DNA from: Camelus dromedarius
Lineage: Eukaryota
Direction: 5' to 3'
Length of the DNA: 64,000 nucleotides
Assembly (NCBI RefSeq): GCF_036321535.1
Contig: NC_087436.1
Location: forward strand, 24,864,001-24,928,000
Made by a program: the position numbers and the translations under genes. The notes under the pieces were generated by a model. The model was not told where the DNA came from, did no database searches, and saw only the letters and a list, made by a program, of their open reading frames with translations. Below, one piece after another: positions 51,734 to 64,000 of this stretch. Every line of letters starts with the position of its first letter. The first letter of the stretch is position 1.

Positions 51734-54700
51734 GGTCTCAGTCTTCAGTTTGATGCATTTTTGACGTTGATTAAGAGAATTAAGCAAGTCACATGCTGAT
51801 CTTTTAGCAACAACTAGAGCTTGATAGTACAGCAGAAATGACAGTTGGCAGTTGTTGAGTGCCAACTCTGTACCACGTGCTGCTCCAGGCTCTTTCTTGC
51901 ATTAGTTCACAGCCTCCTTACCTCTGCTCTCTGAGGTAGTTCATCACATCTAAGATGTCTTCAATTGTGAAATTACAAGATAGGAGACCTTCATATAAAT
52001 CTGGAATCTCCACCCTCAGGATAAGGGTAAATGAAAATAAATTGATCGCCCAGAAGAGGAAAACTCGCATGGATCAATCTTGGCACTGGGTTCAGGGAGG
52101 ATGGGAAATTTTCCTGTCAGGAGCATGTGAAAATCCTCTCTGTAAGTAAGAAAATCCTCTTCCAAGTAAGATCCCTCCTCATTTCAGAAATGTTAAAATG
52201 TGAATGCTTTTATCTGTCAGTGGATGAAATAGGTTATTTGTATCAGCTTCATTTTACAGATGAGGAAAACGAGGCAGAGACATGAAATTGTCCAAATTCA
52301 TTAAGTGGGAAACGTGGGATACAGAACCTGTACTCTTGACCTCTGAACTTGACCCCTTCCAGAGGATTATATCAGCCTAGTGTATAAATAATGCATGTGA
52401 GGAAATGGTTATGTATATTAGTCATGTCAGAGAGGAAATTTCATATATAAGGGTAGGGAATCAGAATGGATTTTTTAGGTATAAAAAATAAGAAATGAAG
52501 TGTCTATAAACTCATCATCCTGTACTTGGCCCCTCTCATCATGCTTTTGCCAGAAATGTTTTCAAATATCCTAGCATCATATTTTTCCTAAAAAAGAGGG
52601 CTTTTTCTTGGATGCCCTTTTGACTGTTTAATTAAAAGTTAAAGCACATAAGGGAGGAACATTTTCCCTCACCCTTTCTCATCCCTGTTTAGCAAAGGGC
52701 ATGCTCCATATTTCTTAGACTGAAAATATTTCCTCTGATATGCACTTGTGACCATATGAAGAAATCCTTCGTTCTCAACACTCATAGCTAGATAATATGG
52801 CATAGGTTTTTCTCAAAGAAGATAATTGAAGTTAATATAAGTAACAGAATAGTCATTTTTGAAGATAAACTTTTATCTCCTCAAGGTGTTTTTCTAGACC
52901 CTAATTTTATTTCGTCTTTCATTTATTTATTTATTTTTACTGCATTGTTAAATTGAAAGATAAAAGTATATCACTTTTGGCTTGCTTTGAGATGATCTCA
53001 TTAGTATTTAAATAGCATTTTTAACAAAATAATATGGCTATGGGACGAATATGATGAAACTGGCTCTTGTAAAGATTGAGATGCTTCTCAGTCATTCAGA
53101 TTAATGGGATTATTACTTCTGGTTTAGATAAACAGAGTTAATTACTCCTGAGTTGTAGCAATTTCTGTAGTTTTCTTAAACTCAGCACAGGAGAGTGGAC
53201 CACTGCTTTCATACACTTGTGTTATTGGACTTCTCATTACAGTATACTTTTTAACATTTAGTTTTTCAATAGAATTTTTTTCCAAAAATAAGGAGGCATG
53301 TTAGAGGCTCTTACATGTTTCCTAAAGTATCTCTAATTTTGGGCGTAAACTTTTGATTGCTCATAGTTTTTTTATTTCCACAAAGTCAGATACTTTCTTA
53401 GCTGGGCACTGGATATGTAAGGTGCTGTCCCTGCTCTGAAATATCTTACATTCTAGGGTCATGACACAGGTAAAAACACCGTAAATGTGATAGGCTGTAA
53501 AATAGGGTTTATATAAAGTTATAGTTTACTGGCAGGATAGAAAATGACCTGAATCCTAGAAAATAGGATTGATGGAGGAGTCATTTGAAGGCCATCACAG
53601 ATGAGGAGACATTTACCAAGTAGAGTGGAGGACCCAAATGTGCAAAACTATAGTGTCCCTTTGCAGTGATGTGTAGCCGGCAGGGATGTAGTGCGTGGGT
53701 TGGGGTGGGGCTGCTGTGAATGGTGAGTCTGCACAGCAGCTGGGATCAAATTAGCAGGAGCTTCGAATCTGATCCCAAATATGATAGTAAGTGTCATTTC
53801 AGATTACCTTTCCAGCCTTTTTGGAACAGTTATCATTTTTTATTTGCCTTATTTCAAGTTGGGGAGCTTTTCTGTTTTCACTGTTGCTCCTGCTTTGTGC
53901 TAGGAAAACCATAGAGGAATTTTCCAGTGAAGGGTTTGTCCTGGGGCCAGCTGGGGTGGGCAGAGCTCATTAAGCTCATGGTTTTGAAAGCACACCCATG
54001 ATTTAATAGTTAGGAAATGCGCCCAGGGACTCGAAGGACTCAAACACTGAGGGATGGTGGTTGGAGTTTTCTGCCTGTGCTCCCAGGACATTGGCTGTGC
54101 TAGGAAATGGTGAAAAAAGGGCTAACGAAGGATGCCAACGGAACCCTCCATTTCGGGCTGTCATCCCAGGGAAGGTCTGGAGGGAGTAATGAGGCGAACA
54201 ATCAAGTTGCTCTAGTCTGAAAAGGTTAAAGCAGCTTCAGGGATCGCTATTTGTGCTTCATGAGTACTGAATGTCATGCCAGTCATAAGCAATATGCAAT
54301 CTGGAGACAAAGAAGGAATTAGTCCTCCGCATCAGTGAAAGGCTGCCCAGCTTCACAGTGGATGGTGAAGCCTGTGAATTCTTTTCCTTTTGAACTGAGT
54401 CGCAAAGACTCAAGCCAGTGGTGAGTGGATCTTGTCAGTCTGTCGGCAGCGTTTACTGAATTCTTGCCGTTTGCATACCATATTAATGGGTTTAAACAAG
54501 CCTTCAGAATCTTAGAATACATACCCTATGATGTCAGTGAGTAGCTTTGTGTTACTAGCCTAACCAAACCGAGCTGTGCTTTTGCTGAGGTTTAGATTTG
54601 GAACAGACCATAAATTCCACAAATCCAAGGTTTTGACTTGGTCAGAGCAATGAAACTATGAAGAGAGGTAATCTCGTGTTAGCATCCCAAGAAGTCTTGT

Positions 54701-55104
54701 TCCAGTTGTTGTAACAGCCACTATCTTCCGTCAGTGATTTTGGTGTTCTTCAGATTCCACTTGCTATATATTAGTGAACACCTATTGTATGTCAGGCACT
54801 GTCTTCTGCCCTGGAGCTGTAACGTTGAAATTAGCTAGTATGAGAATAGTTATTTCTCTAGAATTTTTCCGTGTGGTCTGCCCTACACAGAGGGCTCAAT
54901 GACACCCTATGACTCTTTCCATCAGGGAAAAACATGTAAGAAGAATCTCCAGCATGTCTTCCACCCAGTGCACACAGGAGAGTCTCAAGGCATGGCGGAA
55001 TCAGAATCTTGGGAGCATGTGCACTAGGTGTGCACATAAAACATCCTCCCTGCTGATTGGGATTCCCTCCTCCTCCTCCTCATACTCTTTGTTCGTGTAA
55101 GAAC

Positions 55105-55650
55105 TTCTGCTTCTCAAACTTTGAAGCGTATACTATTAAAAAATAATTAGAGAAGACAATTGAAGTGATACAAACACACTTTATTTAACACTTCACGAGG
55201 TAGACAGTCTCCATCCAAAGTATTGCAAAATGAGACAGAAGGCAGGAGGCTTTCATAGGTTAAAGAGTGAAGAACAGGAAGAGAAAAATAGAAAATATCT
55301 GATTGGCTGGGGCCATGTAGTCAACCTTGTTTGGGGTAAGAAGGAACAAGAAAAGACGTATAGAGCCCAGAGTTGGCTTGGCATTTGGGGATTGTCTGAC
55401 CCAATGTCCTGTGTTTCTGAGCAGGCAGAACATTTACATGTTCTCTTAAGTTTCAATTGGCTGGTGAGGCATCCTAGGCAGGTGCAACTCCTTCTTGGGC
55501 TTAGGAAGTTATTTCAACAGTATGAATCATTTGGGGATCTTGTTGAAATGAAGATTTAGATTCTGTAGGTCTGAATGGGTCTTGGGATTCTGCATGGCTG
55601 CATCTCTTCTAGGTGATGCTGGTGCTCCTGGACTGCACACCACACTCCAA
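55105..55650. mobile_element. MER5A split by an LTR
   Basis: 'cttctcaaactttgaagcgtat' | 'gaatcatttggggatcttgttgaaatgaagatt..gtaggtctg...ggtgatgctggtgctcctgg..caccacact'. Confidence 0.75.
55134..55519 (-). mobile_element. ERV1-class solo LTR related to the LTR at 15774-16166
   Basis: Minus strand starts TGTTGAAAT; shares 'tgtaaatgttctgc', 'gaaacacag', 'atgccaagYcaactctg' and 'cccagccaatca' with the 15.8-kb LTR; AATAAA near the end. Confidence 0.75.
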
Positions 55651-57129
55651 GGCCTCCCGTTGGATAGAAATAGCCTTCAGCAAGCACTTGATTACTCTGT
55701 ACTCCGCTTTGAACCAGTTCTCTTTCAGGGGCTGTTGGTTTTTATTGATAGAACACAATCTGGTTTAAAAAAAAAAAAAAACAAGGAAAAGTGTATCCTG
55801 GAAAGGTAGAAAGACATAGTTTCACAAATAGGTCTTAAGTAGTGTGCAAAACTGACCTTTCTGAGGAAATAAATCTTGGGGAGGAAACCACATGAAAGAG
55901 GCGAGTGACGTTTTGAATCAGCACTGAAACGTGAATGCAGAGGTGGCATGTGGCGTGGACCTGAGGGTGAATAAGCAGCGTTTTTCACTCTGAGGTTGGA
56001 AATTCTCTTCCAGGTCAGCAAAACTCAGTGTTTTTCTGGGTTTCTGGCTAACATGGCTTCCTGAGAGGGGAACTGTAGCCCTGGTAAGCTTTTAAAAGGC
56101 AGCAGAAATTGTGAGAGTTGCAAACCCTTTTCTCATATTTGTGCTACTCAGCAGGCTCATTATTTGATTCACTCATCCCAAGTGGACACCCTTGGGGGAG
56201 GGGCGAGGGGAATTTTTGCAGAGGTAAGTTTCCTGCATATTGTAAAAAATGGATTTACTTTTGGGGACGTGAGGCCTAATTATAAATAAACCCTGGCTGC
56301 CTTCATATCAGCAGTCCTGGATTAGTTAAGAGCTTTACTTGTGTGTGCCAAAACACATTTTTCAAAAATAGCTGAAACTATGTAATCAGCAGCTTTGAGT
56401 TTGACAGAGAACACAGACATCAGGACACATTTCTTTGTCCTTGTACCCTCTGCTCAACTACATGTGACTCTCCCAACTAAGAAAGGGTTGATGGTGTCTT
56501 CTGAATAGTTACAGAATTTTACCATGCTTACACTTGGCACTCTCAACATTTTGTTCCTTTTCTTTTACATTCCTTTTTTTCATTTTTCATCAGAGATCAA
56601 TACTTCCAGTTCCTGCAACTCTTTTCTTTTTTCCTTAGAAGTTATAGCAGCTACTTCTCATGAAAATGAAGTCCAAGAAACTTTCAATATCATTTGAATG
56701 AAATCTGGAACTGGCTAAAAATATGTCCTTGTGCAAGGATTTCAGTTTGGCTGACTGCAACACTAGTGTCCACCGAGGGTTGGTACTTTTAGAACTGAAT
56801 ATAAACTCAACTCCCCAAAGACATCTGAGAAAGGTCTCAAACCTAGTGCCTCTTTAAAATATAGATCATATCTGTATGTAGTTGTGTTCCTGGGCCCTTT
56901 AAAAATATTTCCTTTAGGAGTAGACATCAGTGAACATCAACAAATGGAATAACAAAGAAGCTAAAATATTCTTCAGACGCTCAGGGCAAACACATGTCAT
57001 TGAAAAAAATCACAATAAAAAGAACACTCGTCTAAAAAATACACTATTATCCAATTCCTCCACCTTTCAGAAGGGTAAGAGCCTACTGCTATAAATCAGT
57101 GAAGTTTATGTCATTATTTCACTCGACAG

Positions 57130-57289
57130 TGGTGTTTCTCCAAGTGCGGTCTGCTGACTTGGGACATTTGTTAAAAATGCAGATCTCCGGGCCTAACCTC
57201 ATATCTTCTGAATGAGGATCATCGAATTCTGCATTTTCAATAAGCATCCCTAATTAAATATTATGCAATTGAAGTTTGAAAACTACTAG
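57130..57289. mobile_element. MER5A-like hAT MITE
   Basis: 'gtttctccaagtgcggtc...ttgttaaaaatgcagatctccgggcc...ctgcattttcaataagcatccc...aagtttgaaaactact'. Confidence 0.8.
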
Positions 57290-57971
57290 CAAATTAGGTT
57301 GAAGGGAAAAGCCTGCTGTAAGTTTTCCCCAGGATTAGCGAGAAAGCTCTTTCAAGAATGGTAGGTAAAAATTAGCTGAAATTGTCACCTGTCTTTCCTC
57401 CCTTCAATCTCTAGAAACTTTTCCTCTACCCAGGTATACCATTAAGTTTTGCTTCTAAATTTATCACTTAGTTAAGAAAGTAAATAAAAGCCCCAAAACT
57501 TCTTTTCGTGCTTTAGTTATAAGCGATTTAATCAGAGCTCATAAACATCCCAGGGGTCCTAGAATATTTCAATATTTGTAAATACATAAATAGTGAAAAA
57601 ACAAACAAGCAATCAAACCTTTTTTTCTTTGAAACTAAAAGGAAGATCTAGATTTAACAAAATAGTAGATGCCAGTCTTAATTTAGTGAGTAAAATACTT
57701 TCTTTGTGCCTAGGTGTTAGTATTTCTTCAAGTATCAATTTCCCTCGAATCTTGCCTTCTGAAAAAAAAGTATATATATTTAAGATATATATTTTTATAA
57801 TATTTCTTGACCTAGTTTTCTAAGTTTTAATTTGCTTTTTAGTAATATTTAAATAGTGAAACAATATCTCACGTGGGAAACTCAGTAGGCAAAATAGATA
57901 AAAATTGTGTGTGTGTGTGTGGTGTTGGGGGCAGAGCCCACTCACTCAGTTGCCATTTCGGTCTCCTAGAG

Positions 57972-59062
57972 TAAGGGTCAGCAAACTATGGCCCAATGGC
58001 CAAATCCTACCATTTCCTGTTTTTTTTGCAAATCAAGTTTTATTGAACACAGTTATGCCCATTTGTTTATGTATTGTCTGTGATTGCTTTTGTGCTACAA
58101 CATCCGAGTTGAGTAGTTGAGACAGATATTTCTTTCTTTCTTTCTTAGGGGGAGGTAACCAGGTTTATTTTTACTTATTTTAATTTTTAAAATATGTATT
58201 TTTATTGAAGTGTAGTCAGTTTATGATGTTGTGTCTTTCTGGTGTACAGCACAATGCTTCAGTCATACATGAACATAATATACATTCATTTTCATATTCT
58301 TTTTCACCATAAGTTACTATAAGATACTGAATATAGTTCCCTGTGCTACATAGTATGAACTTATTGTTTATTTTATATAGTTAGTATCTGCAACTCTCGA
58401 ACTCCCAATTTATCCCTTCCCACCCCCTAGAGACTTATTTTTTTATTAAAGTATAGTTGATTTACAATGTTGTATTAATTTCTGATGTACAGCATAGTAA
58501 TTCAGTCATACATATTATATATATATCCCTTTCACATTCTTTTTCATTATAGGCTATTACAAGGTATTAAATATAGTTGCCTGTGCTATATAATAGGACC
58601 TTGTTATTTATCTATTTTGTGTATAGTAGTTAGTATTTGCAAATCTCGATTTCCCAATTTATCCCTCCACACAGGCTTTCCTGTACCAAACTGGTAACCA
58701 TAAGGTTGTTTTCCATGTCTTTGAGTCTGTTTTATAAATAAGTTCATTTGTGTCCTTCTTTTTTCTTTTTAAGATTCCATATATGAGTGACATCATTTGG
58801 TATTTTTCTTTCTCTTTCTGGCTTATTTCACTTGCATGCTGATCTTGAGGTCCATCCATGTTGCTGCAAATGGCATTATTTTATTCTTTTTAATGGCTGA
58901 GCAGTATTCCATTGTATATATTTGTATATACCACACTTTCTTTATCCAGTCATCTGTCAATGGACATTTAGGTTGCTTCCAGAGAAACAGATTTACTTAA
59001 GCAAAATGTAAATAAAATATTTGCTATCCGGCCCTTTACAGAAAAAGTCTGCCAGTTACTCT
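57972..59062. mobile_element. MER58A split by nested retro-insertions
   Basis: 'gggtcagcaaactatggccc...gagttgagtagttgagacaga' to about 58126; resumes about 58982 'aaaatatttgctatccggccctttacagaaaaagtctgcc'. Confidence 0.85.
58128..58981 (-). mobile_element. Stack of a vic-1 tail remnant and two L1 3' ends
   Basis: 'gggggaggtaaccaggtttattt' (about 58148-58170); L1 3' end about 58181-58427; second L1 3' end about 58436-58981. Confidence 0.85.
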
Positions 59063-62000
59063 TCCAGAGGGGACAGTGCTTGAGATGCTCATCTCTTTGG
59101 CTTTGGGATGTGCATCTCAACCACTGCACGTCACCTCTGTCCACATTAAGTATTTACTACAGTACACTTTGTGATGAGGATGATGATAATTTTCTATGTG
59201 TTCCCTGCCATGAAAAGGTAAAAAGCCCTTCCTTAGGGTCATGATTCAGCTGTTATAGAGCTGGCCTTGTATTTCCTAATAGACAGACAGTGAATGATAC
59301 AATTCCTTAGGAAATCTTTGGGAATATTTCTTCTCAGTATTTTTTCAGTCCACATTGTTTGGGTTTATCCCTTCCCTGGGAAAGTTTATTTTGACACTTT
59401 TTAAACAGTGTTAATTCTTTTTTTTTTCTGGCCTTCAGCTAGTTGGAGGTGGATCTCTCTAATCAATGACCAGAGCAATCTGAGACTGAGATCGAGGTGG
59501 TAGAAGATGACTTTCTTTCATATCTATTTCCATCTGTTAAAAATAGGCAGACAAAATATGTAAATGGTCTGACTCATCAGTAATGGGTCCTAGTGACAAG
59601 AAGTTAAAACCTTGTCATTTCTATCTTACAAGATTGGCTTAAGCCAAACCACCATACAGCATAGTTCTTTGGTACTCAGAAAACGTATGTGTTTAATCAG
59701 TGATGTTGTATGACTTAGCTGTGATTCTCCACTTGGTGTTATGTGTGGAGCCAACCTGCCTTTGAAAAATTGTTCCCTAAATGTGACAATTTTGATCACC
59801 CCTGTGGTACGTAGAGATAAAGTGTATATTTTTTCCTAATCTAGTGCATAACTCCTTTGTAACAAGGTCATACAAAGTAGGTCATATGGGAGAGAATACA
59901 CTAAACTGTTGAATTTCTAGTCTCTGCAAGAAGTTCATCCCACTCCATTTTATTTTATGTAACAAGTAATTCTGAATTGCCAACTAGAAGACACTGAGCT
60001 TGGTGGTACAGGGATAGTAAAGTCACGTGTGCCTATTATTGTTGGTCTGAAATGACATTGTAGAGTTAAAGAGGTTGTCTCTGGCTGATAGTGCAGGAGG
60101 CTTTTGAAATCTTTGTAGTATGGGCTAAAGGTGACACTCTGGAAGTCTCAGTATCCTGCCTTTAACAAAACCCAATTCTAGACTGACTTTTAAGTCTAAC
60201 ACTGACTGGTGTCCTGAAAGTCACAGGTTGTTGCTGTTCATAATTGCTTTTGATGCAGCTCAGGACAGCACTGTATTCTCCTCCTTGGGACTTATCACAG
60301 TTTAACTCCTAGGTCTCATCCTGGATTCATAAGAAGACCTATTATAACAGAGAAATAGCTTATTGTAATGCCTTACCTGCCAGGAGAGAAAATAGAATTA
60401 GTTATTCCTTGTGGTACTTAGACTTTTAAAGCAGAAGAGGTCCATATTTTAGCTACGTGGTGGGCCAAGATTAAAAAGGAGGTTCCAACCACTTATCCTC
60501 TTAACAGCCACCTGTAGGCCCAAGACAAGATAAGTCCCCTGTCCAGGTGTCCTTCCCTGGGCGGAGACTGAGGGGCAGTGGGCACCGTATCAGTTGGGCC
60601 TCCTGGACTGTAGGTTGTCTACTGCTGGGCTCCGATCTAGAAGCCAAGGAGTTGAATTGATCTTTCCAAGCATCCTCTAAAGGAGCCAAATGTGTGCTTC
60701 AGCCAGAGACCAGTCTTGGTCTTCTTATGATGATCTTGCTGTCCCTTTGGCATCAGGGCGAGCGCCCCATCTTTGCTAATCCACCTCTCTCAAGGTGGCC
60801 ACATCAAAAGGAGCTCACTCTTAACTGGCTTATTCCTTCCAACTGGGAGTATTCTAGAAGCAGAGGCACTTCTTGTTGGATGCTTTGTCTTTTCTAACAA
60901 AGCAAAATATCCTAACAAATAAAAAGAGAGAGGCTCTATTGCTATTGATTTCCTTCTCTCAAATAAATATATAACCTAAATATTTTCCAAATTTTCAAAG
61001 TACTTGTTTTGCTTTTTTCTAAGGTGGAATAATGAAAACAGTGTACTTAGCGAAATCTCCTTGTCCCCTAGTAGCTTGTGGTCTGCTGAGGGAGACAGCA
61101 CTGTGGTGACAGAGGCTGGATGAGTGGTCCTGGCAGGAAGTGGCAAGCATCCTACTGGTCGGCAGCTCCTCTTTAGGGGGATCAGGATGTCTTCTCTTTG
61201 TCAGAGATGCACTTTGGGGTCCCTCAGTGGGCACAAGATACTAGGTAGGGTTAAAAACATACGAAAATAACTATTCTTGTATTTCATGAATATGGAATTT
61301 CATTAGGAAATGATAAATAGGAATGAAAAATACAATTTAAGTGGGTGTTTATCAAAATAAATAAAAACAGTTTTTCAACCGGAAACCTCCTGGCTCTCTT
61401 ATGTTTCACAACATGCCTGATCCCTTCACTGATGAATTTACTTCCCTCAGTATCTGTATTTGCGTAGTAATTTACAAAAGACTTAAATAACTAAAGAATT
61501 TTTTTTTCTTTTTGGTAAAAATGTCGTACAAAGTTGAAGTTGGAGCATCTTTCCCTTTTCTCCCTTCAAACCTTTCTCCATCCTTGATTGAAATTTCCTA
61601 ATTGCACCCATTCTTTATATATCCTTCTGTGCTTTCTGAGCAGTTCCCCAGGTGGTTAGAAATGTTATTTGAAAGACACAGATACAGATGCATGTTATGC
61701 AATTAATAGGCCTTCACTAAGTGGAACCAATAGACCATTAAAATGAATCTGAGCTGTCCAAGCTCTCTCTCTTTCCATCTTTCTCTCTCCAACAATAACC
61801 TGCCACAATGGCTAAAGTGATATGAAAACCTGTCTCTTCAATCCCACTCTGTTTGAAGTGCCAATGAAGAAGAGGGCACAGATAATGATTTCCCGCTCTC
61901 AGCAACGAATGTGCACATACTTCCATCCCAAGTACACCTCCTGTTGAGGCTGCTGAATCAGGAGTTGCACCATTTACAAGAGAAAATGGAATAATTTGCC

Positions 62001-62747
62001 TACTCCAACCCAGAGAGAGGTCGTCTCTTGCAATAAATGGCCTGGCTGTATAAATAATAAAGTATAAATGGGCCTGAAGCTGCTGGGATTTTTGTGTGCA
62101 GGAAATAGGATAACTCTCAGGAATTGATGGCACTGTTTCCCAGCTAGAGTCCAAGGGCTATTTAGTTAGTAATGGCCATAACAGAAATGGTTTCATGTCA
62201 AGATGGAACCGCAAGAGCTAGGCAGAAAGAGAGCAACGGATATTAAAAGATGTCAACTACCAGCATGAGTATATTACAACCGGTGGCTCTAGGTAAATGG
62301 AGCACACCAGAGCATCAGCCATGGGAGAGCCAGCCATCGGAAAACCTCGGAGGCCAATATCAACTCACATCTCCTGCATCCCTGAGATACTTGCTGAGGA
62401 AGGCGAGAAAGCATAATTTATGAGCACTGGAGGCCTGATCTGTTAACACATTATTATCTTTGTCAGTTGGAGTAATTACCGACCTGACAATATTATGGAT
62501 AGACATTCAGAGTAACAAACATTCCTGGGGTGATTGCAGGAAGTACAGTCAGGTTTCAGGTTGCCAAAGTGACCAGTCCACTCTTGTCCATGTCCCGGGG
62601 CAGAAAGGTAGGCATGCTGAACTTGCTGGCTGAGGTGTTAAAATGCAAGGGGTATGCCTCCCTGGAAGTATCTCCAAAAATTAGGCAGTAGCAAATCTTC
62701 AAACATCCCTTATATCAGATTCTGCTCTCAAGATAAAATTGTTAGTA

Positions 62748-62985
62748 GTTTCCACTTAATGAGCACTTACTACGTACAGATGTGCCCAAAGATTTACACA
62801 CTTCATCTCATTCAGTGTTCTCAGTGACCTTCTGAGGTAGGCAGTGTTATTACTTGCATTTTATAGATGACTGAAGTGAGACCCGAGAGGCTAACTGGCA
62901 AAGAGAGTTGGTAAATACAGAGTCGGGAGTCAAACCCAGTGTTGCCTGATTCCAGAACTTGAGCTTCAACTACTATGCCATATTG
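62748..62985 (-). mobile_element. MIR SINE
   Basis: 'cacttaatgagcacttactac...tgaggtaggcagtgttatt..cattttatagatgactgaagtgagacccgagagg..gagtcaaacccag'. Confidence 0.85.
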
Positions 62986-63079
62986 TCTCAAGCAATAATA
63001 AGAATGAAACAACAAATAACAGAGCATCCTCAGCTAACATTTATTGGATATTTGCTATGTGCTAAACATCGGGCTGAAT

Positions 63080-63490
63080 GTTGGAATAAATCAGGATGGG
63101 ATAACTACTGCAACAACCCTTATCTTCAGTGTCTTAACACAAAAAATTATTATTGCTACGGCATGTCCCAGTGCCGTGAGGTAGGCAGAGGTGTAGGTGT
63201 GTGGTGGGGCACAAAGACTCAGATCCATGTGGTCATTCAGAGACCCAAGCTTCTTCCCGCTGAATGTTCAACATGTGGACTTCAGAGTTACCATAAAATG
63301 AAAGAGAGAGATGACGAGAAAGGTACACCTGCTCCTAACTGCCTTAGCCCAGAATTGACAGCACCCATGGGCTCACAGTCTAGAGTCATGTTGAGTCACA
63401 TGGCCCACCTAGATAGAAGGTTATTGCAGAATGTACCGTGACTGCGCCCAGAAGGAGTAAAACATTCGGTGAGCATCTAGTTTATCTTTA
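63080..63490 (-). mobile_element. Old MaLR LTR (MLT1J-L-like)
   Basis: 'atcttcagtgtcttaacacaaa...gtcattcagagacccaagct...agtcacatggcccaccta...tgcgcccagaaggag...ggtgagca'. Confidence 0.65.
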
Positions 63491-64000
63491 ATGTGGTATT
63501 TTACCTGAATTAAGCTCGTTCTTAACACCAACTGTAGGGAGATTTTATTTCTGTGATACAGGTGAGGAAATAGAGCTACCAGGGAGGCTCCATTTTCTTA
63601 AGCTCACACAGCCAGGAAATGTTAGATGGGATGGCAACTCTCATGCAACAAAATAAGTTTGTTTGAAAAAAACCCAAACCCTTCATCTTGTGTTTGCTGA
63701 TGGTTTACTGGAATCAGCAACAGCGTTTCTCTCTGCAGTCATTCCCTATATCCAATAGTTGGTTCTCCAGATCTACCTGCTTATTGTAGCCCCCTCAGTA
63801 GCGTTGTTCTTTCTTATCTCTTGGTCTTTTCATGAGCTGCTGTTCCCCTATCTCTTGACTTGGGCCCCTCTGACACATCCTTCACATCTCAGCTTAGATA
63901 TCCTATCTCCATTTCAAAGCCTGAGATTCAGAGATTCTACAGTGAGCTCTCTTTTCATTCTGGGTTTCCCATATCACAGCACATGCCACACTGGTTTTTA

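Noticed and set aside
7586..52180. Identical 15-mer gtaagatccctcctc at 7586 and 52166
   Set aside because: One or two exact 15-mer matches are expected by chance in 64 kb.
54301..54426. Protein-like peptide LETKKELVLRISERLPSFTVDGEACEFFSF before a GTGAGT donor
   Set aside because: In-frame TAA at 54286 and TGA at 54391, and no polypyrimidine acceptor upstream.
60377..60911. Minus-strand exon-like unit with a good acceptor at 60912
   Set aside because: All three frames hit stops within about 40 codons and nothing else supports it.
1..64000. Prokaryotic systems (CRISPR, operons, defence islands)
   Set aside because: The sequence is mammalian and repeat-rich, with no gene-dense coding regions or repeat-spacer arrays.

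Overview
Mammalian genomic DNA, AT-rich and dominated by interspersed repeats. It is most likely camelid (alpaca/llama/camel), judged from a vic-1-type tRNA-derived SINE at 36.5 kb and repeated young L1 3' ends. I cannot support any intact protein-coding gene, structural RNA gene or CRISPR array; every ORF I recognise is a transposon remnant (L1 ORF1/ORF2, Tigger1 transposase, possibly Gypsy gag). The window looks intergenic or intronic, with layered L1, L2, MIR, MaLR/ERV solo LTRs and hAT/Tigger DNA transposons. Three things stand out. (1) A 3.06-kb minus-strand composite retroelement at 47.5-50.6 kb, bounded by a 17-bp TSD: an L1 5'UTR plus ORF1 only, followed by captured antisense-L1 and old L1MC pieces separated by A-tracts (a HAL1-like non-autonomous element or serial 3' transduction). 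(2) A CpG-rich, promoter-like island at 19.1-20.3 kb that overlies ancient repeats. (3) A probable ancient Gypsy-type relic (PBS plus decayed gag) at 8.5-10.7 kb. Repeat family names come from recalled consensus motifs, not a database search, and boundaries are approximate unless a TSD is given.
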